Below, one piece after another: positions 26,001-36,900 of a stretch of 64,000 bases of DNA. Below the pieces are notes generated by a model. It worked only from the letters and a program-made list of their open reading frames with translations. It had not been told where the DNA came from and ran no database searches. The position numbers and the translations under genes were made by a program. The stretch is taken from contig OZ037765.1 of NCBI GenBank assembly GCA_964035545.1, positions 3,100,001-3,164,000 on the forward strand. The letters run 5' to 3'. The DNA is from Bugula neritina (lineage: Eukaryota > Animalia > Bryozoa). Numbering within the stretch: the first letter of the stretch is position 1; each line of letters opens with the position of its first letter.

Positions 26001-26960
26001 GCTATAACTTTAGGCATTTTTGAATAACTTTTAAATTTCGATGAAATGCTCTTTCAAATTAGCAGTCTCAAAAGAAGAGCTTGTTTTTTAATAGATTTAT
26101 CAAACATGACTTTTGTCACTAGGTTAATGAAAAATATATTTACTGAGACATTGCAGGAAAATGTTATTCTATAAATATGATATCTTAAACTAAAGATCTG
26201 TAGAGAGCTCAGTCCACAAATTGTGTTCCCAAAAATTTTAATTAAGACAGTTGCACACTCTTTGTAAAGACTAAAGTACTAACAATAAGAAAATTTACTT
26301 ACCAATGCGTTCCAACAGCATAAGCAAAGATTGCCGCTTGTATGTCTCTTGTCTCTTCATCAGTGTACTTTATCAGCTAGGTAGCATTCCGATACAAAAG
26401 TTAAACCTATAATCACTAAAATTTGGTTTGACCAGTCTCTATGATTTCGTAATTATCAAGTCCCTGACAGAATGGAAGCTTCAACTTGATGTCAAGGGTA
26501 TAATTATTTAGTAAAATTAAACGTAATAACTTACTTGTTGCAAACAAATTTTGTTATTAACACAATTAAGACAATATTCAATCTGATTGACAGAGTTTAG
26601 TGCCTTCAATTGTTGAATTAAAGAAAACTGTCATCAACCAACAGCGATTTAGGTATGGATGCATACGTACAGTGAATTCTGCATAATATTATTATATATA
26701 GCTGCAGACCAACGATATTAGAATCTCGTTTTCGATCGAACAACAACAATCTAATAGTACGGCTATAAATATATCGTGGTGATAACTAAAAATACCGGAT
26801 AGTACGGCATATAAGAACGGGATGTTTTAAACAAGGTTTTTATTTTATTTAGAGTTATTTCTCCTAAAATATGTCTTATAGCCAAAGCGCTAGAAACTTA
26901 AAGTTGTGCGGGGCGAAGTCACAAGACAACTAACAATTCCTCTACAATAGGTTGCTCAAG

Positions 26961-27126
26961 ATTGTGCTACAAGCAGCTTTAAGTTGGAGGTGACGAAAAG
27001 CAGTAGTTTAGGTCTTGAGTTTGGAGTTGAAAGTATACAATGGAGCGTAGAGCCCAACTCCCAACTTTAAGAGTTTAAACTGCTCTGCACTTAGTCACCC
27101 CCAACTTGAACTGTTTATAGAACAAT
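26961..27126. mobile_element. MITE-like palindromic element (family A, copy 2, diverged)
   Basis: attgtgctacaagcagctttaagttggaggtgac ... gtcacccccaacttgaactgtttatagaacaat; the ends match those of the 9508-9648 element. Confidence 0.7.
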
Positions 27127-27339
27127 TTTCAGTGATTTTATCGTGCGGATATGTTTTCCTGAGTATCGAGAATTAAAATTTACAAACCGTTCACTGGAGT
27201 GAGGATAAGCTTCCACATCAACAGTGCTGAGTCAGTGTTGCATAAGCATACTGATTTACTTTGACTTTTAGTAAAGCTCAAGGCAAATATAAACCTTTAA
27301 ATTGTTCAAGTATAAAGACAGCCTCAAAAGTGAAAGTCG

Positions 27340-28140
27340 TACTCGTATAATATTAATAATAATTAAATTTAATAATAATATTAAAATTGAAGTTATACTT
27401 AATCTTATTTTAATTTTATATCATTGCCTAGTGATACTGAGAGTGATAGTCTTAACTCTTGTACTTATACAGTTAATGTTATACTTATAGTTGAACTTAA
27501 AGTTGGTGTTATGCAGATTGAGATAGTGATAATCATAATTCATTGAATTTGATTCAATGGTTGATTAATTTATTACATATCACAGACGTGAAAACACGTT
27601 CTGAACTTTAGTGTACATACTCATACTCTGATACTGGCTATAATACTTATAATAATAAAGTATAATAGCTATAAGTTATTAAAATTAAGTTCAACTACTA
27701 CTAGTTGAGTAGTCATGAGCAAAATTGAAAAAGTTGAAACTCTTTTGGATTATTTAAATTTTAAAATAAAACTAAAAGATCATTTATAATTTAAAGTATT
27801 TGCAAGGTGAAGGTGTCGTAAAACTAAAAAAGATATCTAACTTATTAATATTTAAAATTAATTCACTATTTATGTTAATATCAATATGAGTATGATTAGC
27901 TTATTATGAGTATGACTATAAATTAATATTTGTATTAATATTAATAATAATAATAATATACTATTACTCATTAGTATTATTATTACTTATTATTTATAGT
28001 TATTACTATTAGTATTAGTAGTACTGATAATGGTATTACTATCAATAATTCACTTTTAGTTTTTCTTTTAGTATTAGCCTGTTACTTGTTACTTGTTAGT
28101 TCCTGATTTAGTAAGTATAACATTAAGTTTAACTATAAGA
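27340..28140. repeat. Degenerate triplet AT-rich low-complexity tract
   Basis: Mosaic of (aat)n, (tat)n, (tac)n and (agt)n upstream of the GTSF1 start codon. Confidence 0.7.
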
Positions 28141-28373
28141 CATGTAACTGCAATTTGCAACTGTAATTTATGAGTATTAGTATATCATCTCACATGCTTG
28201 GACTTATAGTGCCGTTTTCATGAGCAAGTTCTTGACAAAAAATTTGAACTGGCATGTTGATGTTGCTTATACTTGTGTTTAGAATGGTCAAAACTATTCC
28301 AATAAAAGAGTTTATTTAACATTTTATTTTTTTTCAATTGCTTTTTATAATTGTTTTCTTGTTTCTTAGAAAT

Positions 28374-30194
28374 ATGGCAAGTTTTCACACAGTTATCCCT
28401 GATCCTGATGATCTTTGTGAGTGTCCATATGATAAAGCTCATCTCATTAGGGCCAAAAAGATGCCCTACCACTTGATCAAATGTCGAAAGGTAACTTCGA
28501 TACAGTTGCTATGACTATGTCTAATGCCAACAGCTGAATTAACCAATTGCCCTGCTTTGATGGTTTGGTAGGTAGAATTTGTTTTTCGTTTCGCAGAACC
28601 ATCCAACTAGAGCGATGAGAATCTGCGATTTTAATGCCAGGCATGAGGTGCTGGAGGCGGAGTACAGATTTCATTTGGCTGAATGTCCAGATAGGCATAG
28701 GGTTGAGCGAGCAAAACCCAGCAATGATGATGGTGAAGAGTGGATAAAGGGAAACACTGATGTGCCCACCTACTACCCTGATGTCCACATCATTGGGGGT
28801 GATGACTGGGACGAGGAGCTGTTGACACCCAGAATCGGGGTGCATGGCCGGGAGTTGGCAGGAATCGGCTACTACAAATCTCTCAATGGGTAGGTTTATA
28901 TCTCCTGGTTTCCCTAATGGCCTGTCATCTTACTCTTTTCTGCCAGTAACTTATATATGTGATTTCTGCAGTTTTTCCCACAATTTTCTGACTGCTGAAT
29001 TAAATTACAGAATGAAGAAGTCGCAAAAGAAAGCATTCCGTGAGAATCTGGAAAGGGGGGACACTGAGGCCAACGTGGAGCTGATGACCAGTTTTAGGGT
29101 CGGAGCAGCACCCAATGATAATGATCTGACAACTGGTCCATCACCAACTGCTACAGTTCCAGTTCATTCTCCATCTTCAGTAAGTTTCTCTTTTCTTTCC
29201 TCTGTTCCTCTCTCTTCAGTAAATTTCTTGCTTTGTCCCCTACCCTCTATTCCCCTCTCTCTCCCCTCCTGCCCTCCCCTTTCCACCCCCTATTACATAC
29301 ACATTTCATATTGACTATTCTCAAGAGGGCCGCTACCCATATCTCAGACCGTAGACTAGAGCGCTGCTGTGTTTAAAGAAAATAAACATATCGCTATATC
29401 TCTATTTTTAAAACATCTTTGTGTAAAGTTTGCAATATTGCATAACTGCATGATGGCTATTTGTAAGCTGAGGTTAGAAATTTAGTTTGTATCTGTTTCA
29501 TTTTTATGTTACTGCACAGATTCAATGCATGTAGCTATTTTTTCAATTTAAACTTTCTTGTTAACTAATGATGTATTGTAAATTTTTTTGTGGCAGGTAT
29601 CAGGTCTAGGTAGGGGACGGGGCAAGCCCATACTCAACCAGAAGGAGTTCACCGTTCCAGGTGTTTCCACTACAGCTACCACACCAAGCAAAGGGTATCC
29701 GGATGAGTTTGCTGGGCTTAGAATCTCTGCCAGTCCTAGCCATGCGCATCAGAAAGAAGTAGTTACACAGGAGACTGTACCTAACTCCACTGGGCCTGTG
29801 GATGAAACTGATGTACTGAAAAATATAAGAAAAGTGAAGAAGAAGCTTGTTCAGGTTTGTACAAATTTTCCTATATTATGTACTAGTAATATTTTAGTCT
29901 GCCATTAAGAATGTTTTTGTAATGTAATGTTGTACATAGTGTTGGACTATAAATTAGCACTGTATGTTTTCAAGTGTTCAAATTGTTTCTGCTGAAATTG
30001 TAGTAATTTGTTACTTTATGTTTTCCAATCTTCTGGAGGTACTGTATATTCTGTAGATTGAGAGTCTGGTAGCCAGACAAGCTGATGGCGAAGTGTTAAA
30101 CGAAGAAGAGATACTGAAAGTTGGCAAGAAAAGCCTTTTCCTGTCAAAGTTGGCTGCGTTGGAGCGAAAAGCAGCGGCAGTTAGCTCTCCGTAA
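28374..30194 (+). CDS. GTSF1: Gametocyte-specific factor 1 / Asterix homolog (tandem CHHC U11-48K zinc fingers), ~324 aa, 5 coding exons
   Basis: Exons 28374-28490, 28597-28889, 29011-29179, 29597-29854, 30057-30194 (975 nt, phases consistent). The N-terminus [33 protein letters not shown]...CDFNARHEV...FHLAECPDR matches the GTSF1 double CHHC finger and is followed by acidic Trp motifs (EEW, DDWDEE). Confidence 0.92.
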
Positions 30195-30930
30195 TTTATG
30201 AACTCATGCTTATAGGCACAGGACTGTTCAAATTGATACTCTTCTCCGGCATGATATCATTTTGAATGGTCCGTGTGTCAATTAAGAAATGACTACCTGA
30301 ATGACTGATTATTTGCAGCTTATTGATGCACAGATTGGTGCTACACATAACTTGCTATTGGCAACCAATGCTCTTTTCTTATTATTTCTTTCCGTATTTG
30401 TGGTGGAAAGGTTTTCGAGAGCTTTCGATAGAGAAATAGAAAACTCTTATTGCAATAAGTGAAATGTGTGCTTTTTGAGCATAGTGTCAAAAAACATCTG
30501 ATTTCCAAAAATATGTTTGAAAATTTTGTGTAGTTTCTATACAATTATCTTTTATATTGATTATCTATCTGATAATCTTTTTCGTAAATAGCTCTTGCCT
30601 TATTATATTCAAGTTATATTTTGATTGAAACCTATCTTCGTAAAGGTTTTATGCTGAGGAATCTTGATAGAATTCATTTATTTGGTTTTGGGCATTCAAG
30701 TTACTAACTCATAGCAATAATGATTCAAACTCAGATATATTATAGTATCAATAAAATTTCGATCTGGACTAATCTTTAAAACAATTGTATAATTTTATAT
30801 ACACAATTTTATACAGGGAGCTGGACATGTAAAAATATATTTGAGAAAGTAATATAATTCATGATACAAACACATGTATGCAAAGCATATTGTTGAGGTA
30901 TTAGCTAAGCATATGACCATACTGTTTAGG

Positions 30931-33900
30931 TTACATAACTAAGCATGTTCTAGATTTCTCATAGGAACTTGTCAATCTATGTACCCCACTGTTATTTCTT
31001 GCAGTTTTGACAGCAGACACTGTCCGGTATACTGGTCGAATCTTCGTGAGGATCTCTCTGTCAGAAGAGCTGCCAAACTTATGGTTGTTTGCCGTCAAAG
31101 GACGAATTGTTACTGCACTCGAGTTGGTGCGATCCCAGGTTGCAGTGTGAGGCCTCCTTGTTTTTACAACCTCCTTCGTCTCTGGCGGTTCATCTTCTAC
31201 CACCTGCCTGCTTGCTATTGCCAAGATCAGCCGGTTTATCTCGTCTTTTTCTGGGTCAATGATCACGTAGCCGAGCACTGTCCCATCTACGCAGCCTATC
31301 ATAATAGTTTTGTCATCATTGCTCGCTTTTATGTGACAAATGTCAACATGTACATCACATTCTCCCAGTATTTTGTTGTCCTCTATTCTTTCTACTATCA
31401 AGTGAGATCCTCGATAGTATGCCGCTACTTCTCCATTTTTCAAGAGTGCCAACTTGCTCATTCTGTTGCCTATAGTTCCAACTCGCTTCCCAGAATTCAT
31501 AGCAAATATCATTCCTAGGTTTGCATTTACACACAATGACCCGTCATTAGTTAGATAGAGAGCATTTAGGTCTGTTGTGGATGGCATGAAGTTATCACTG
31601 TAGCGCAAAATAGTTCCCATTGCCAAATCAACACTCACAAAACCGTAGCCAGAGCTTTGTTTGTTCCTGCTAATTTTTACCTGGTAAATAGCAATGATCT
31701 CAGTGCTATTCATTGGTATTGGCACAAGAGCAATGATATGCCGGTCATCTAAAAATGGGGACAGCTCATTTTTGCCAATTATGCTGTGCATATAACGGCC
31801 CTTGAGATAAAAAGCACAAACTGCAGGGTTGTTGTAGCAAGCTTCTTTCTCTAAATATTGGTCGGCAGTTAGAAGGGCCATGTAGGTATCATCATAGGTG
31901 ACAAACGGTTTACTTATCGCGTGGTTGATGATGAAATCATAAGTAAACTCTTCGCATGTTCCAGAACTAAAGTTAAAAATTGTTATTGTGAATGGAGCTT
32001 GGTACATTGTGGAGGCTTGAGCAATGTGAATTATGGTCTTTGATTTTCGGACTGCTACTGAATGTCCTAGCACTTGACCAAACTCTTTCACAATCTTACG
32101 ATCGTTCACAGACCATATCTTGTTACAGAATTCTGTTTTGGAAGGGTTTACAGCAACAAAAACAAAACTTCCATCACAAGTTGGTGTTATATCCACAACT
32201 TCACTTTCATGGGTCAGCAAGTTTACCAGCAGACCAGTTCGCATATCAATGACACCAATCTCATCGCTTTCGCAGCCGGTGGCAAAGCAAAAGAAGTTGT
32301 CTTCGGTCAATATCAGTCGATCAATTGGTGATGTTAGTCGGTCTAGTGTTGTAACGTCCATTACATAGTCTTTGAGGTTCCACACCTGAACACATTGAGC
32401 ATCTTGTTGCACTGTGAGGATCTGAGACTGAAATCGAGATTGGATGACTTTTGTGATGATGCCGACTGGGGCTAATATTGTTGTTTCCATTGGTTTGCCA
32501 GTTTTTAGATTCCAGAACTGGATGTTTCTAAACAAACTTGTCATGAGTGCATCATTATCGTGACTGATAATGGCATCAGTGTAGATAATTGAAGTTGGTT
32601 TTGAATGTTTTGGCAACCTGAACTCTCTCATCACCGAAACTGGCCGTTTTACATGCAGTGTCAATTTGTCAGTGAATGTGTTGTAGCTAAGAACATTGTG
32701 TTCAGCCCGAATGAGTAAGCTATTGTCATCATCGGCCAGTGAAATTTGAAGCACTCGATCACCTTTTAAAAAAGGCTGCAAAGAAATTTTTGAAACCATT
32801 TGAGTATGACCTTGGGTGCTCATATGAATGACAGTAACGATATGTGAGAATTCATCAGTTAAAAGTACTTTGCTTGAAGACTTGTTGATGGCATGGCAAG
32901 TTGGTCTGTATTCTAGGGGTGTCAGGCATACTTGCTCATATGTTTGCAAGCTATATGTGAGAACATTAGAGCCTACATTGCACAACACATAATCTTGGTT
33001 TGGCGAAATACTCACTATGGAGCCTTTACCCCCTAAGTTAACAAGTTTAACAATGTCCTGGTCTTCGAAACAGCCTATGCATAAGTGAGTTGCTTCTGTT
33101 GTGATAAGAGTAGCAATGAATTTAGAAGACACTGATACTGGGCCTAAATGGTATTTTCGTTGCTCATTCATTCCAATCAGGTTTATTGGGATGAGTTGAA
33201 ATATGTAGTTCCCTGTCATGGCATTGTGAACTTTGACTGCTTTTTCAATTTCATTATCCACTATTACCAAATAGCAATCATCAGGAGACAGGTAAGCTTT
33301 GCCGTAAGATGTCGCAATATCTGCCTGAATTTCTCCTGAAAGCAAATCAAATTTTCGAAGAACTTGAGAGTTGTCTGATTTTGTGAATACATATCTACCA
33401 TCTTGGGTGACCAGTAAGCTGTCTATCTGATCAGTGTATTCAAATGTGTATTGCAAGGGGCTTCCTGGAACTTGATGGTAATTGAACAGTGGAACAATTG
33501 CGCAGTGGGATAAACCGGCTGTGCCACACTGATCAATGAGACTTCTCAGATTGGGATATGTGTGGTAGTATGGGAGAAGGCGGCCGCTCAATTCAACTGG
33601 CAAACTATCGATATTTTTCTCTATTAGACCTTGCGCTGACCTTAGTGCACTCTCAAGCAAAGTAGCTTCAGTGCCAGGGTTTAGGCTTAGGTCAGCAAGA
33701 ATTTTCTGCAGCGATAAGGCTTTGATTTTATTGTAAAGCCAGTCATAATTGAACATCACTTTAGCGTTCAGCTCATCAAGTCTGTTGGCCAAGTACAAAT
33801 GGCGAGGTACCTGGTCATATTTTCTTTGATTGTAATCTGTTTTACCACCAGCACTTGTGTATGTCAATGGTTGGGACAAAACATATCTTTCAACAAACTT

Positions 33901-36900
33901 TTCTTCACCATTCAAGTTTTTGTACTTCATTGGTTTCTGGGACCAGTTTCCAAGATAGTAATCAGCAATGGTACAGTGAATTTTCTTTTTGAAACTATCA
34001 TTTGCAAGATACCGGTTCTCGGTGTACTCTCGTATAATGGCATGGTTCCAGTAGTAAACGTCATAGTCGTCTGCTACTTTCAGGTTCAACATAAAGTCCA
34101 GCTCATCTCTTAGCTGCGCCCAAACCTTAGGAGGACATCTTCTTACTACTGGCTCACTCTTGCAATGAACATGTTCCATGACATTTTCATCCAAAGACAA
34201 AAGATCTTCCATTTCCATGTCTGAAAGGCCTGTTTTTGAAGCAGTGAGATAAGAAACAGAATGCTTCACTAGAACTTGGCCATATTTGATTTCAAATTCT
34301 TCAAATAGCGCATCAAGAAATGTACTGCAGCTCGTGCCAAGTACTTTTGAATCGATGAGATCAAATGATCTCCATTTTCTTATTCTGTTAAACAGAAACT
34401 TGATGTACAGAGGCAATGAGCATTTGTTAAAGGCAGCTTTGATTTGTTCAGCTTGTTCATTAGTAATGCACATGCTCTCTTGTTGCAGCCATCGCAATGT
34501 AAGCATCATTGCAACATCTTGGCCAAGCGGTTTAACTTCAGTAAAGTTATCATGGTGCTTAGTTATTAGCTCTGTTTTTAGTCTAGTAAACATTCCGTGG
34601 GCGTGAGGTTGGCATGAGACAATGATTCTGACATTTTTTGGAAGACTAGATGGAAGCCATTGGAGAAGGTGAGAATTAAAATCAGGAAGTAGACTGTTGA
34701 GAGAGTCTAGGAGAAGGACCAATTGTATTGAGCTTGGTATTTCATGCAGCAGAGCAGAAAAAAATTTGAGCACCTCCGGAAAGTCCATGGGGACAGAAAT
34801 ATCTCGGTTAAGGCATGCCAGAATTTGCTGACAAATGCTCTGCAGCAGATCTCTCAGATTTGCACTTTCATGGGTGAGTCCTATGAATCGGATGACTGCT
34901 ATAGTGGACTGTGGCAGCAAATTCTTCATCTAAAAATAAACACCCTTCCATAATTCAATAACAATAGCATTTCGGATATTTCAGGCTCATAAGCCATGTA
35001 CATGAATTGAATATTTTTAAATAACGATTCAACGTTCAATATTTGCTGGTAGTAGTTAAATGACTTCTGGTGAATGTTATTTTAATATGAAATAAAAGAC
35101 AAATTAAATCACCTCTAAGAACAAGCTTGACAAGATGCAAGTTTTTCCACTGCCACTTTCTCCATAAATTGTGTAAAACTCTGTATTTCTTTCATCTTTA
35201 AGATAGTTCAACAAATTTTCTTGTTCATTGTCACGACCTAACAAGTAAGTTTAGTGTGTAGGTTTGATTACAAGTATTCGATAATTTCTAAAAACATGTC
35301 TTTTCATACATCTGCAACTGTCTACAAGTTTTTCTATTGCCTCAAATATTCTTCGAGCTAACGCTCCAAATTTGTTCAAGTCAATTGCTTCTAGCTAAGT
35401 GTCCCATTCAACCTGGTTACATTGCAGAGGCATATAAATTTAATGCAGCATTTATAAAAATATATATTAAATAAATACACTCCATGATCGATACACATAT
35501 TAAATATTTGTGGAGCAAGTAGCACTGAAACAAGGCAAGACAAACCTCAACTGTTCGTGAAAGTTAAGTTTCACTGTCATACTAAATTCTTCATTAACAT
35601 TATTACTCAGCTTGAAGGTGTAACACTGTATTATTTTCATTTGCAACAACTTCCACTATTGACCAAATAAATAGTGTTTGATACCTCTGTCTGACTATCA
35701 GTTTTAAAAATAAATACATAGAAAATTCTAGAGAAAGTTATCCTAGGTGATCATACCTTCACACGCCCTCCCTCTGTCTATCGCTTTCCTCCAATGAGCA
35801 ATCACCTCCTCGTGCAGCCTTGACCTGTAGACTTTTCTAGCCTCAGCTGCAGCAGCTGCCTCGCTGATTTGATCTCTCAGTTTGGTGGTGAGGTCATTGC
35901 ACAGCTCATCTATGTACTCCTTGTGAAACTGGCTGTCTATGCCGCTGTCGTATCGCCACAGGATTGAGTATCTGCTGATGCACACGTCAGAAAGGTTGGC
36001 TTGAATGACATCAGTCTGCAAAAGTTCAAATTTGGGCATAAAGTTTTGTATTTTGCGAAATGTTGCAGACATTTGATTATTTCATAATTATTATAATTAC
36101 CATAATTATGTTATTATTCACTGTTGTTTGTTGCATGACTTACTTGACTATGCTTGAAAAGTAAATAGTGGGTAATAGGAATGTGGTAAAGCCAGTATCT
36201 GTTTTATACTAAAAGCCTTTGTTAGACATGAAAGTAAAAACTACTTAGTGTCATAGATTTTCATAATATATTCTATTTTATTTCCATGCATTAGATTTTA
36301 GAACCTATAGCATAGTGTTGCTGTGATGAAAGATATTAGTAGAACAATAATATATTGCTACTTATGCTTGTTGGTCAACCACTGAGGTTACAAATTATGA
36401 AGATTTAAGCACCATAATTTACAGGGTTAGCGTATATAATGACTAGCCTATCATAAAATTTGCATATATAGAGCTAAAGCTGGACTTTTAACAAACGGTG
36501 ATAGCTTTAGTTCATTTTTGTAGCATGAGATGTTCTATGTTTATTTGTGAAACAAAGTAATCACTCCCCTAACTCAGAAATGAAGTAATAAGCTAGAACC
36601 CCAAGCTAAGCAAAATTTTCTACACCGAATCCTTAGGATAGAAAGTTTGTCCTAATATTATCTGAGCCATCTATTTCAACTTCAGCAGCTTCTTTCCAAA
36701 ATAATGTAATAGGTAGATAGTTAGTGCTATGCATTATTAAAGCTAATAATCTAAGCCCAAATAAATTCATTAAATTAAAATTTTAAAATAAATGAACATA
36801 TTACGAAACTCTGATTTGTGACCTAGTAAAATACCATATTATTTAATGCACAAATAAATTAAATTTCGCCATTTTGTTTATGTAGAGTATGCATAAGCCA

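Noticed and set aside
30979-34953. Plus-strand ORFs inside the 4-kb NWD exon as overlapping genes
   Set aside because: They are short antisense shadows of a long coding exon with no recognisable motifs. The same applies to the antisense ORFs over SLC16, Ig2 and the CFAP46 exons.
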